Below are positions 36,389-46,162 of a stretch of DNA of 64,000 nucleotides, in pieces; the first letter of the stretch is position 1; the number at the start of each line of letters is the position of its first letter. Position numbers and translations under genes: made by a program. The stretch lies in the sequence record PV261924.1; one strand, written 5' to 3'. The notes below the pieces were generated by a model. The model saw only the letters and a program-made list of their open reading frames with translations. It had not been told where the DNA came from and ran no database searches.

Positions 36389-37676
36389 TCTTAAAATCCT
36401 CTACTACTTGTCCAATGTAATCAATCATATCATCAGTGATGACAGGAGAACAACCAAGAAAGAACACTGTGTTAAGAACCTTATTGGCTTCAGGATACTT
36501 CATGGCATCATCAAGATGTGAGTAACCAGGATGAAGAAGTATATTACCAGCAAAGTAATTACGTGTTTGAACTTTGTTATTCTCAAGATGGGCAACAAGA
36601 GAGTGTTTCAGTTTCTTGTCGTCACATACAATAGGAACACCAAACCAACTGGTCTCACTGTCTTCACGTTCGTTGACAACACGACAACCAGGAATAGTCT
36701 CGATGATCTTTTGAATCCTCTCTTTGTTCTTTCTCCTCAGACTATGAATCTCATCAAACTTCAGCAGTTGAACTGAGCCAACTGCACCCTGCATATCAAG
36801 GGGTTTCAGGTTATAACCCATCTGTGAGAACACATACTTGTGGTCTACAACATCTTCGTAACCATCTAACCAGGTATCAAATCGACGACCACAGACACCA
36901 TTGGAGAGGAGATTCTGTTGTCCGACACAGTAACAACCACGACCCCACCAAGCAAAACTACGAGCCAGGTCTACAATCCCTTTGATATTCGACGATACCA
37001 TACCACCTTCGATGGTACAAATATGGTGTGCAGGATAGAAAGAACAAGATGCAGCCACTGCATGTTTGGTCAGGTAGTCACCCTTGTACTTACTACCAAG
37101 ACTGTCACAATTATCTGCAATGATATGGATGTCATTACTCTTACAGATGTCAACTAGACGATCAAGATCATATGCATTACCAAGAACAGGAGAAGAGAAC
37201 ACCGCACGAGTCTTTGATGTGATCTTCTCCTCAACCTGATCCATATTCCAGTTCAGATCATCCCAGTTGATGTCAACAAAAACTGGTTTCAAACCATTCT
37301 GTACCAGTGGAGCAATGGTAGTAGCAAAACCACAGGAACATACGATGACCTCATCACCATCTTCCCACCCGAAGTATTTCTTCAGAGCAGCAATCATCAC
37401 CAGGTTTGCTGATGAACCAGAGTTAACCATGACAGAATGATCGAAACCAAATCTGTCAGAGAACTCTTTCTCAAACTTGTTTACCTTCTCACCAGAAGAC
37501 AACCACTTACCTTTCAGTGTAGCATAGATAAGTTCTTGGATCTCTAGATCATTCCAATATGGACCAGAGTAGTAGACATTATTACCTGGCTTCCAATCCT
37601 TATTAGCCATGAAGGGAAAGACGTTATCGTCCATCTCTTTGGCGTCTTGGATGAAGTTCTCAATCAGTTGGTACAT
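36381..37676 (-). CDS. PMP-dependent NDP-4-keto-6-deoxyhexose 3-dehydratase (RfbH/E1-like, DegT family)
   Basis: VNSGSSANL, SFYPAHHI (His in place of catalytic Lys), WGRGCYC...CG Cys motif. Confidence 0.85.
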   Translation of the reverse strand: MYQLIENFIQDAKEMDDNVFPFMANKDWKPGNNVYYSGPYWNDLEIQELIYATLKGKWLSSGEKVNKFEKEFSDRFGFDHSVMVNSGSSANLVMIAALKKYFGWEDGDEVIVCSCGFATTIAPLVQNGLKPVFVDINWDDLNWNMDQVEEKITSKTRAVFSSPVLGNAYDLDRLVDICKSNDIHIIADNCDSLGSKYKGDYLTKHAVAASCSFYPAHHICTIEGGMVSSNIKGIVDLARSFAWWGRGCYCVGQQNLLSNGVCGRRFDTWLDGYEDVVDHKYVFSQMGYNLKPLDMQGAVGSVQLLKFDEIHSLRRKNKERIQKIIETIPGCRVVNEREDSETSWFGVPIVCDDKKLKHSLVAHLENNKVQTRNYFAGNILLHPGYSHLDDAMKYPEANKVLNTVFFLGCSPVITDDMIDYIGQVVEDFKNA

Positions 37677-37677
37677 A

Positions 37678-38652
37678 TTATTCTACAGTTTGATTTCTAG
37701 TATACAACGGACTCTTAATCCTGTAAACATCCCATTCCTTCTCACAATCTTTACCAGTGAACTCTTTACCATCTCTATCGATGTAGTCCCAGGTTGGTAC
37801 AATCATATCATCACCACGCCACCATCCATCAGATGTCTTGTGGTCGAACCAGTACTTAGGAGCGATTACTTTCTTTACTTCTTCACTTGTCCATACAGGC
37901 CAGAAAGAAAATGTCGATGCAGACATAATTACATTCCTAGCATTATATAGGATTGACCAATCAACCCCAATATTACCACCCTTATACTTGAAGAATCCAG
38001 TTCCTTGTTCGATGTCTTCTTGTTCAGAAAGAGTGGTAGCACCTACAACCTTTGCCCATGGGATGAACTTGTTTGCATTCTCAGGATCATCAGTGACAAC
38101 CACAAATTTCATATTGGGATTGTATTCCAACATACGATCACGTGCATCTTCGTAGAACTTAGGCTCCAACCATGATGCAGTGATCAAATACTCACCACCA
38201 CGGAAGTGAATGACACAAGTATCATCGTCAGAGTAATCTCGAACATCGATATTAGTCTTCAACCATTCTCTGATGATGTTCTTTTGACCATCTAGGTATG
38301 ACAGACACTGAAACAATCCATCGATCTTTGAATTGTCAGGTAGATTGTTCCACAGACCAGGATCAAAGAATATACCATCATGTCCACACTGAGGAAGAGG
38401 AATAGATTGTTCACGAATGTAGTGTTCAATACCTTGTGGAAGAGATGCAGGTTGTTGTCCCTCCCGTGGTGTAGAACCACCAATAACTTCTTCTCCAAAG
38501 TCAAAGTCAGGCATAAAGTTCTTTGCCTTGAATGGAGTGGTCTTCATGACACCCCACTTATATCCATGTCTACGTGCAAGGATCTTTGATACAACAAGGT
38601 TCCAGATCTGGTTACCCAGTCCAGAACCCCTATAGATTTCAGTAACGATCAT
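37678..38652 (-). CDS. Divergent GT11-like glycosyltransferase
   Basis: GLGNQ, IHFRGGEY, SASTFSFWP. Confidence 0.75.
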   Translation of the reverse strand: MIVTEIYRGSGLGNQIWNLVVSKILARRHGYKWGVMKTTPFKAKNFMPDFDFGEEVIGGSTPREGQQPASLPQGIEHYIREQSIPLPQCGHDGIFFDPGLWNNLPDNSKIDGLFQCLSYLDGQKNIIREWLKTNIDVRDYSDDDTCVIHFRGGEYLITASWLEPKFYEDARDRMLEYNPNMKFVVVTDDPENANKFIPWAKVVGATTLSEQEDIEQGTGFFKYKGGNIGVDWSILYNARNVIMSASTFSFWPVWTSEEVKKVIAPKYWFDHKTSDGWWRGDDMIVPTWDYIDRDGKEFTGKDCEKEWDVYRIKSPLYTRNQTVE

Positions 38653-39533
38653 TTGATTAGATAAGAATACTTCTCTTGGTTGTCAAGTAGATACTGAGGG
38701 AATCGATCTTCGTCAAAGTGACAGATACAATAGGATGCATTGTCTTGACCAAGTGGTGATCTACCATCCTTGAGTCTTTGTTCCAACTCACCAATCAGTC
38801 TATCATTATTCAACTCAGTGTGTGCAGAAGATTTAATCTTCTTCATCACTCGATCATACATGGTAGTCTCTTCATCACTACCAACCGTGCTCCAGTGCCA
38901 ACCACCAGGATAGATCCTAAGGTTATTCTCTTGAGGAAGTTCACGTCTCATACTAGTCAGAGTGTACTTCTTCAGTGTGGCAAAGTCACACATCTTTGTA
39001 CCAATCCAACGAGGACCTTCTTCTTCATAAGAGAAGTCTTTGGTTTGAGAATGAATCGTACCACTGGTTTCGAACCAGTTCAGTGCAGCTTGATAGTTGT
39101 CTTGTGCAAAGTTGTAGACAGTGCCAGGTTTGTAGAATGACTCATACTGTTCAATGACTTCAGGATTAGGTACCTCATCCAAATCACTCCAGATGATGAT
39201 ATCTTCATCAGAACAATGTTCCTTCAATACATCCATGATACTATCTTTGTAGTATGTGTCCCTCATGAAGGACTCTCTCTTCACGTTGTATTGAATACCT
39301 TTTGCTTGAAGTTCTTCTTGAGAAGGTTCTTCAATCTTGGTGTAGATAATCTTATCTTTGAACTTCTTGAATCTCTTATCAGTCTTCTTAAAGATATACC
39401 CTTTATCTTCACCTGAGAAAGTTTTACTTCCCTCACTGAATACAAAGTAATCAACATATGGATCAAGGAGATTCATCCGAATCTCCAACAGATCTAACTC
39501 ATAACCAAAAAGAAATACGTCAAATACTTTCAT
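38649..39533 (-). CDS. GT17-like N-acetylglucosaminyltransferase
   Basis: ELDLLEIRM..L, FVFSE...TFSG, SDLDEVP, GGWHWS. Confidence 0.8.
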   Translation of the reverse strand: MKVFDVFLFGYELDLLEIRMNLLDPYVDYFVFSEGSKTFSGEDKGYIFKKTDKRFKKFKDKIIYTKIEEPSQEELQAKGIQYNVKRESFMRDTYYKDSIMDVLKEHCSDEDIIIWSDLDEVPNPEVIEQYESFYKPGTVYNFAQDNYQAALNWFETSGTIHSQTKDFSYEEEGPRWIGTKMCDFATLKKYTLTSMRRELPQENNLRIYPGGWHWSTVGSDEETTMYDRVMKKIKSSAHTELNNDRLIGELEQRLKDGRSPLGQDNASYCICHFDEDRFPQYLLDNQEKYSYLIK

Positions 39534-39534
39534 G

Positions 39535-40248
39535 TCAGTCTCTCAGTTTAAACAATGCATCACCACCCATCACATCAGTGTATGGCCAGTTCTGTGCTAG
39601 ATCATATCCAGGAAGCAGATCTGAAACAGTCTGAAGGTTAGTTGCACCTTCATACATTTCTTCTTCATGATACTCGGTGTAGATATAATCAATCTTACCG
39701 ATCATATTCTTTGCACCAAGGAACACTTCCTTCTCTGCACCTTGAACATCCATCCACAAGAAGTCGATGTGTTCAATACCATTCTCTTCACAGAATGAAT
39801 CAAGACTACGAGTAGAGACTGTAATCTTCTCATCGTATTTGATGAATGGCCAACGGTTACCCTTTGGACCACCATCAATGATAGTCTTTGGTTCGTAGAT
39901 AGAACCAGAGTACCTACCAAAGTCTACACCACCATCAGGTGCATTGACATTCCTAGAACGTGTGAATGTGGTTACACCATCCTGTGCTGCAATTGCCGCA
40001 GGAGTGAATGTGTGACGACTATCAGAACGAAGGTTGTCATTAGTTACACCTTTGACATCTTTACCACCAGGCGTTGACATCGCTTTGATATTGGTGGGGT
40101 CAGGATCAAACGTATACAGTTTCAGATTAGGACCAAACTGTCGAAGAAATTCCTTCGAGTCAGTACCATCTGCACATCCCACCTCGAAGATAACCACAGA
40201 CTCACGGTTACCTACCATCTCATGAATTTTATCAATTGCTAGTCCCAT
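39535..40248 (-). CDS. FkbM-family methyltransferase
   Basis: FEVGCADG, IDFLWMDVQGAE. Confidence 0.88.
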   Translation of the reverse strand: MGLAIDKIHEMVGNRESVVIFEVGCADGTDSKEFLRQFGPNLKLYTFDPDPTNIKAMSTPGGKDVKGVTNDNLRSDSRHTFTPAAIAAQDGVTTFTRSRNVNAPDGGVDFGRYSGSIYEPKTIIDGGPKGNRWPFIKYDEKITVSTRSLDSFCEENGIEHIDFLWMDVQGAEKEVFLGAKNMIGKIDYIYTEYHEEEMYEGATNLQTVSDLLPGYDLAQNWPYTDVMGGDALFKLRD

Positions 40249-41308
40249 CTACTTTCTCCTCAATTTGTGTACAAATCCATTCGTATGTCTTACGGATACC
40301 CTCTTCAAGACTCTGAGAGTAATCCCAACCAAGTTTCTCACGGATGAGATCGTTATTTGAATTACGACCACGGACACCCGTAGGAGCATCGAGTTTATAG
40401 ATCTTTCTGACTACCTTATCAGACACTTTTGCTGCAGTATCAACCAGTTGATTGATAGTCACCATTTCCTCGGAACCAATATTAACTGGACCTTGGAAGT
40501 CACTATCCATCAATCTTCGAGTTGCTTCAATGCATTCGTCAATGAACAGGAAGGAGCGAGTCTGTAAGCCATCTCCCCACACCTCGATTCCTCCACCGAC
40601 CTTCGGGAGGTAAGCGACTTTACGGCAGATTGCAGCTGGTGCTTTCTCTCTTCCACCGTCCCAGGTTCCCTCAGGTCCAAAGATGTTATGATACCTAGCG
40701 ACACGAACAGGGATCCCGTAATTACGAGAGTAAGCAAAGTAGAGACGTTCTGAGAACAATTTCTCCCATCCATATTCGGAGTCTGGGTCTGCTGGGTATG
40801 CTGATTCTTCACGACAGTCAGGGTTGTCAGGATCAAGTTGATTGTGTTCTGGATACATGCAAGCAGAACCAGAGTAGAAGATCTTAGTCTGATTTACATC
40901 ATGACTCTCATTAAACTTATTTTGTTCTTCAAGAACATTGAGATTGATAGACACCGAGTTGTGCATGATGTCTGCATCATTCTCACCAGTAAATACAAAA
41001 CCTGCACCACCCATATCAGCAGCGAACTGATAGATTTCATCAAAAGGTTGTGCAAACTTCTCAACAATCTGTTGATAGAAGTTACCAAGGTATCCAGTGA
41101 AACGAATACAACGACGAACAAAGGTCACATCACGCAGGTCACCCTGAATGAATTCATTTGCTTCAGTCTCAGAATACTCGGGTCGTTTCAGATCAACACC
41201 ACGAACCCAATATCCTTCAGACCGTAGTCGTTTGACCATATGGCTTCCAATGAATCCACCTGCACCAAGGACCAGTGCAGTCTTCTTATACTCAGTCATA
41301 ACATCCAT
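40232..41308 (-). CDS. GDP-mannose 3,5-epimerase-like SDR
   Basis: GAGGFIG, AADMGG, YGWEKLFSE, GGREKAPAAICRK. Confidence 0.85.
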   Translation of the reverse strand: MDVMTEYKKTALVLGAGGFIGSHMVKRLRSEGYWVRGVDLKRPEYSETEANEFIQGDLRDVTFVRRCIRFTGYLGNFYQQIVEKFAQPFDEIYQFAADMGGAGFVFTGENDADIMHNSVSINLNVLEEQNKFNESHDVNQTKIFYSGSACMYPEHNQLDPDNPDCREESAYPADPDSEYGWEKLFSERLYFAYSRNYGIPVRVARYHNIFGPEGTWDGGREKAPAAICRKVAYLPKVGGGIEVWGDGLQTRSFLFIDECIEATRRLMDSDFQGPVNIGSEEMVTINQLVDTAAKVSDKVVRKIYKLDAPTGVRGRNSNNDLIREKLGWDYSQSLEEGIRKTYEWICTQIEEKVDGTSN

Positions 41309-41337
41309 GAATTACTTACTATGTATTCTCAAAAAAT

Positions 41338-42168
41338 TCAATATACTTGACACATCATATCAAGTCCTGTGTCGATGTCAAGTTTAGGAACAAACCCTAA
41401 AGAATTTAACTTATCGACATTCATTGTGAAGTTCTTGATCTGTAGATAGTCCTGATCCTCTGGGAAAGGAACATCAATGATCTCACTTGTACTACCTACC
41501 TTCTCCTTACAATATTCAATGATCTCTTTGAATGATCGAGACACACCAGTTCCGATGTTATAGATCTCATTTGGTTTACCAAAGACCATCAACTCATCCA
41601 TAGCTCTACATACATCATCGACATACATATAGTCCTTCTGATAATCACCGCCACCGTACAATTTGATAGGATCATTGTTTTTTAGACAACGAATCATATA
41701 TCCAAGAACATTTTTTCCTGGTGTCACTGTGGGGTCAATACCAAAGACATTACCAATCCTGAAGATACGGTAATCAATACCAAAGGTCTTACAGTATGAA
41801 ATGACTAATGACTCTGCACACCTCTTAGTAATTGAATAGAAACCTGTTGGATTACAGGGGTCATCTTCCCTTACATCGATGATGTCATTGTCATAAACAA
41901 AACCAGAACTGACAAAGTTGAACACAGTATCTGTCCTCTTACAGTGTGATAACACCTCAGTCAGAATCTTCAGATTAGTATCAATGTCAATCTGTAGATC
42001 CTTGAAGACATTCTGATTACTTGTTGTACTGATCAAGTACAGGATATCAGAGGATTCAGGGTGTCTCTGGCCACGGGGAATAGGAATATTATCAGGATAC
42101 ATTCGACAGTAATTACTACCGATATAACCTGATGCACCAAATACAGATAGATTAATCATATTTCTCAC
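41338..42168 (-). CDS. NAD-dependent epimerase/reductase
   Basis: GASGYIG, YSITK, RIGNVFG. Confidence 0.8.
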   Translation of the reverse strand: MRNMINLSVFGASGYIGSNYCRMYPDNIPIPRGQRHPESSDILYLISTTSNQNVFKDLQIDIDTNLKILTEVLSHCKRTDTVFNFVSSGFVYDNDIIDVREDDPCNPTGFYSITKRCAESLVISYCKTFGIDYRIFRIGNVFGIDPTVTPGKNVLGYMIRCLKNNDPIKLYGGGDYQKDYMYVDDVCRAMDELMVFGKPNEIYNIGTGVSRSFKEIIEYCKEKVGSTSEIIDVPFPEDQDYLQIKNFTMNVDKLNSLGFVPKLDIDTGLDMMCQVY

Positions 42169-42697
42169 ACTCCTCTAGAGTCTTACCACGTTTGTCTTTC
42201 TCAGACAAAATAGGATATGGAATATTCCATTCAATATCTAGAGAGGGATCATTCCACAGAAGAGTTCGATCATGTTCCTTGTAGTAATACTCTGTTGTCT
42301 TGTATGAGACATGTGCACGGTCACTCTTGACAACAAACCCATGTGCAAATCCCTCAGGAACCCACAACATCAATTCAGGTCTGTTCAAATCAATCTTATA
42401 GTGTTCACCAAAAGTATTTGATGTCAATCGAAGATCGACGATAACATCTGTGATCCAACCTTTTACACACCTTACAAGTTTTCCTTGTGGTTTCTCAACC
42501 TGATAGTGAAGACCACGAAGAACATTCGCCGTAGAGGAAGAGTGATTGTCTTGAACAAATTCTACATCCAATCCAACCTCACTAAAGTCCCTTTTGTTGT
42601 ATGACTCAATGAAGTAACCACGATCATCAAAGTGTCGTGGTTGTTCGATGATGTATGCACCATCGAGAGGTGTATTAATGATTTTCATAATGTTCAA
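42152..42697 (-). CDS. rfbC: dTDP-4-dehydrorhamnose 3,5-epimerase
   Basis: DDRGYF, QDNHS, LRGLHYQ, PEGFAHGF. Confidence 0.95.
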   Translation of the reverse strand: MNIMKIINTPLDGAYIIEQPRHFDDRGYFIESYNKRDFSEVGLDVEFVQDNHSSSTANVLRGLHYQVEKPQGKLVRCVKGWITDVIVDLRLTSNTFGEHYKIDLNRPELMLWVPEGFAHGFVVKSDRAHVSYKTTEYYYKEHDRTLLWNDPSLDIEWNIPYPILSEKDKRGKTLEECEKYD

Positions 42698-43592
42698 TCG
42701 TCTTTAGGAGTCCTTGATTGATGTCAGTTTTTGGTTTCCAACCAACTTCGGTAGTGATCTTTTGATTTGATGTTGAGTATCTTACATCATGTCCTGGTCT
42801 GTCAGCAACTAATACAATAGGGTGATCAGGTTTACCCATCAGTGATGTAATACGTTTGACAAGTTCAAGATTAGTCATCTCACACTCACCACCGATGTTG
42901 TACCTGTCTCCTACATTACCATGGGTCCACAATTCAATCAAGGCATCACAATGATCCTCAACAAAAATCCAATCTCTGACCTGCTGACCATCACCATAGA
43001 CAGGAATGGGCAAATCATTCTTCACATTATGAATGATCTTGGGGATCATCTTCTCATAATGTTGTCTAGGTCCGTAGTTGTTTGAACAATTTGTGATCGT
43101 TGTGGGTAGACCATAAGTCTTATTGTATGCGTTCACAAAGTGATCACTTGCTGCTTTTGATGCAGAGTATGGATTCCTTGGTTTGTATCTTGATTGTTCA
43201 TTGAAGGAACCTTCAGAGATAGAACCAAATACCTCATCAGTAGAGATGTGCATAAACCTGTTCACCTCCTTCTCTAATGCAAGTTGAAGAAGATTGACTG
43301 TACCAATCACATTGGCTTCAATAAATGGTTTACAGTCCTTGATAGAGTTGTCTACGTGACTCTCTGCAGCAAGATGGAAGATGTCCGTGAAGGTTTCTTG
43401 TTCAAAAAGATATCTGACCGCCTCCTCATCTGCAAGATCAGCCATATAGAGTTCCACATTGTCAGGTACATTGTCCTGACTAGCGGCATAGGTAAACTTG
43501 TCTACGCATACAAGTCTTTCTTTGAATGGTGCAAGTTGTCTGAGAAGACTACTACCAATGAACCCTGCACCACCAGTAACTAAAATTGTCAT
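42675..43592 (-). CDS. rfbB: dTDP-glucose 4,6-dehydratase
   Basis: AAESHVD, STDEV, YSASKA, NCSNNYGP. Confidence 0.95.
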   Translation of the reverse strand: MTILVTGGAGFIGSSLLRQLAPFKERLVCVDKFTYAASQDNVPDNVELYMADLADEEAVRYLFEQETFTDIFHLAAESHVDNSIKDCKPFIEANVIGTVNLLQLALEKEVNRFMHISTDEVFGSISEGSFNEQSRYKPRNPYSASKAASDHFVNAYNKTYGLPTTITNCSNNYGPRQHYEKMIPKIIHNVKNDLPIPVYGDGQQVRDWIFVEDHCDALIELWTHGNVGDRYNIGGECEMTNLELVKRITSLMGKPDHPIVLVADRPGHDVRYSTSNQKITTEVGWKPKTDINQGLLKTIEHYENH

Positions 43593-44089
43593 TTTTGTTC
43601 GTACTTATCAAGGATGGAAGGTGAATATTGTTCAGGTACATCACCCTGAAATTTTTCTATCCTCTTCTTTGTCTCAAGTTCAAACACTCTATTTCTTAAT
43701 TCGGTAGAAGAGTATTTGTGTTGTCTCTTGTGATAATGAATCTCAATATCATTATCAATACAATATTGTTTACCTGTAAAGTCTCTATCCTTATACTCCT
43801 CACTCAAGAATCGAATGTCGATCCTCTGGGTCTTGATCATATTCAGAAGATCTTCTTCGGTCTCGTAGACCAGAATCTCATCGACGTATCTACAACCCTG
43901 TACCTGTACATATCTCTCGTACACACTCTGAGTGGGTTTGTTTTTGATACCAGGTCTGTCGATAGTGGGATCAACCTGAAGTGCAACAATCAACCAGTCG
44001 CATAATTCTTTTTCCATCTTCAACATTGTCACATGTCCAGCATGAAACAAGTCAAAGGAACTACAATTAAAACCAATCTTCATTATCAA
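43589..44089 (-). CDS. TagD-like cytidylyltransferase
   Basis: FDLFHAGH (HIGH), VDEILVY, SSTELR. Confidence 0.85.
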   Translation of the reverse strand: MIMKIGFNCSSFDLFHAGHVTMLKMEKELCDWLIVALQVDPTIDRPGIKNKPTQSVYERYVQVQGCRYVDEILVYETEEDLLNMIKTQRIDIRFLSEEYKDRDFTGKQYCIDNDIEIHYHKRQHKYSSTELRNRVFELETKKRIEKFQGDVPEQYSPSILDKYEQK

Positions 44090-44107
44090 AGATCATAACC
44101 ACATAGT

Positions 44108-44140
44108 ATGTATTGTATGAAAAAAGGAGCCCTTTGTCAA
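44108..44140 (-). promoter_or_regulatory. sigma70 promoter of the sugar island, overlapping an upstream terminator hairpin
   Basis: TTGACA-N17-TACAAT inside AGGAG...CTCCT-T6. Confidence 0.7.
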
Positions 44141-44145
44141 GACTC

Positions 44146-44718
44146 CTAGAAATTACTTACAATATTAAATGAAATCGTATATCTATGATCCTTTACAGGA
44201 TTCACATAATGTAAAAGTGATGATGGGAATATTAAAACAGACCCCTCTTCATAATCTTTTGTATTGATTGTATGTGCGAGATACGAATTTGAATTTGGAT
44301 TGTAGAAGAAAGTAGTATTTGGTTCTTCCACATGAAGTAAATAAATTCCAGAGAATGAAACATTCTCACCTAGGTGATCATGAACTTCCTGAAATCCACC
44401 AGGTTCATAATAATTAAACCAAATAGATTTACAATTACTTGATTGAGGATATGTTGTTAAAGATTTATCATCAAGTAGTTCACCAACCATTTGATCCATA
44501 GAATCCCAGATGACACTATCAATAAACTTGGGATCATGTAGGAAATCAAGTCTATAATTGAATGATGTGTATACTTCAGCATTCCAAGATCCTACATTAT
44601 GATACTTCTCTTTATTCTCAAGTTCCGATTTTATTTTGGGTAGTACATCTTCTTTGATTCTTTTATGATTAGGAACATTCCTATGAAATAGAAATGGACT
44701 TCGAAAATTTTTAATCAT
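44146..44718 (-). CDS. 2OG-Fe(II) oxygenase
   Basis: HDH, FSGIY, IFPSSLLHYV, RYTISFN. Confidence 0.85.
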   Translation of the reverse strand: MIKNFRSPFLFHRNVPNHKRIKEDVLPKIKSELENKEKYHNVGSWNAEVYTSFNYRLDFLHDPKFIDSVIWDSMDQMVGELLDDKSLTTYPQSSNCKSIWFNYYEPGGFQEVHDHLGENVSFSGIYLLHVEEPNTTFFYNPNSNSYLAHTINTKDYEEGSVLIFPSSLLHYVNPVKDHRYTISFNIVSNF

Positions 44719-44732
44719 TTTATGAAGATATA

Positions 44733-44758
44733 AAAAAAGATGGGTGTGACCCATCTTT
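44733..44758 (-). terminator. Terminator after the manA/wcaG-like RNA
   Basis: AAGATGGG-TCACA-CCCATCTT followed by T run. Confidence 0.8.
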
Positions 44759-44764
44759 GGTACT

Positions 44765-44946
44765 CAGGCTCGCCAAGTTATTTTTATCACTGAGTAATAA
44801 CTAAATCTCAGGCGGGGAGAGATCCCATCCGCACCAACTAATCTTTGGAGAATTAGTAAACTCAGTTGGGTCCAGTGACTCCACCACTTAGTTTTACGAA
44901 CTAAGAAACGCGGGATTGAAGGGGCCTCCCTTCACCGACCAGTGCT
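44765..44946 (-). ncRNA. manA/wcaG-type structured RNA with three repeated hairpin/pseudoknot modules
   Basis: CUUAGUU/AACUAAG, ACUAAU/AUUAGU and AGUUAUU/AAUAACU hairpins, each followed by UGG; family assignment is from recall only. Confidence 0.6.
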
Positions 44947-44947
44947 G

Positions 44948-45298
44948 TTATAGTCCCTCCGTGACTCTACCATAATCATCCTGAAGTCTGATGATATCGT
45001 CTTCTCTACAGTCTCCTGACTGAACCTCAAGGAACATAATCCCTTCTGGTCCAGCCTCCATCCTATGAATCATATTCCTAGGAATGTGGAAATGATTTTC
45101 GTGTCCTGCAGGAAATGTATGATTACCAAGAGTGACTCTACCAAACCCAGACAATATAAACCAGAATTCGCTTCTGTTCTTATGTTTCTGTAGGGACAGT
45201 TTCTGGTTGGGAGAGACTTTAATTCTTTTGATGACCCTGAAAGGATTTCTCTCAAGGTCAACATAGAATCCCCATGGTTTATCAACCACGTTCATCAA
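44948..45298 (-). CDS. Mannose-6-phosphate isomerase type II-like cupin
   Basis: KPWG, LSLQKHKNRSEFW, LEVQSG..EDDIIRLQDDYGR. Confidence 0.88.
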   Translation of the reverse strand: MMNVVDKPWGFYVDLERNPFRVIKRIKVSPNQKLSLQKHKNRSEFWFILSGFGRVTLGNHTFPAGHENHFHIPRNMIHRMEAGPEGIMFLEVQSGDCREDDIIRLQDDYGRVTEGL

Positions 45299-45534
45299 AG
45301 AGCACCCTTCGAAAGCTTAGAGATATTAAGACCTTCGTTCATTTTCAAAACTCTAACGAGTTCATCGAACTTACCCTCAAGACCAGAAGGTGCAGCTGCA
45401 GGTGCTTCAGCCTTTGCTTGACACGCCGACTTCAACTCAGCTATTGCTTCTTCAAGAGCCTTCAGTCTGCTCTCAACTTCCTGGTCATACTGACTCATGT
45501 ATGCACCAGTAGAGGATGTTCTTTTCGTTGCCAT
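45295..45534 (-). CDS. Hypothetical coiled-coil protein
   Basis: MSQYDQEVESRLKALE. Confidence 0.7.
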   Translation of the reverse strand: MATKRTSSTGAYMSQYDQEVESRLKALEEAIAELKSACQAKAEAPAAAPSGLEGKFDELVRVLKMNEGLNISKLSKGAL

Positions 45535-45558
45535 AATAGTTATAGATTTAATTCTAAC

Positions 45559-45795
45559 CTATTTATTTGACACCCTGTCTTTGATGTAACAAGGTACACG
45601 ATCAGGATCTAACCATTTGGTGTATTCGAAATCTTCCATGGCAGTCAGAAGTTGCATCTGATTGTCTAGAAGATACATGTCTTTGTAACGCTTGGTCCAA
45701 CTATCCGTCTTTTGAATACGAAAGTCGGGGAACCCATTGTCTAGGGTTCCGCATTCAACATAACGATAAGGGAATCTCTCAAGGAGAATCTTCAT
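45559..45795 (-). CDS. Conserved hypothetical protein
   Basis: LLERFPYRYV, YLLDNQMQLLTAMEDFEYTKWLDP. Confidence 0.75.
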   Translation of the reverse strand: MKILLERFPYRYVECGTLDNGFPDFRIQKTDSWTKRYKDMYLLDNQMQLLTAMEDFEYTKWLDPDRVPCYIKDRVSNK

Positions 45796-46010
45796 CACTC
45801 CACCTCTTGAAGTTCCAGGTCCTCCGCCAAACAATCGATGAGAATATCATAGTCGTCAAGAGGGTCACCAGAAAAAGTTACACCGTCGTTCTCATAAAAC
45901 TTACGGACCTTTTTGAAAAGTTTCGGATTCTTAACGTCAAGGAAGAAGTCTCCATTCACTGCGGAACGAAGAGTCGTGATGTCTTTTTTGAACTTAGAAG
46001 TGATTGTCAT
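45795..46010 (-). CDS. Conserved hypothetical protein
   Basis: FFLDVKNPKLFKKVRKFYE.DGV.F.GDPLDDY. Confidence 0.75.
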   Translation of the reverse strand: MTITSKFKKDITTLRSAVNGDFFLDVKNPKLFKKVRKFYENDGVTFSGDPLDDYDILIDCLAEDLELQEVE

Positions 46011-46036
46011 TGTCTTGCGTGTTGACCTTAGTAGTA

Positions 46037-46065
46037 TAAGGGTTTTGACCTTGTGAGTCAAGAGG
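46037..46065 (-). promoter_or_regulatory. sigma70 promoter
   Basis: TTGACT-N17-TATACT. Confidence 0.65.
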
Positions 46066-46085
46066 ACAGTAATTAAACTGTCCAA

Positions 46086-46158
46086 TGGGGGATGTGGGGA
46101 TCGAACCCACCTTTCTCCTGTTATGAGCAGGGTGCTTTCACCAGAGAGCTAAACCCCC
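46086..46158 (-). tRNA. tRNA anticodon CAT (Ile2 or Met)
   Basis: Cloverleaf, loop CTCATAA, T arm GTGGG-TTCGATC-CCCAC; no encoded CCA. Confidence 0.85.
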
Positions 46159-46162
46159 AAGG

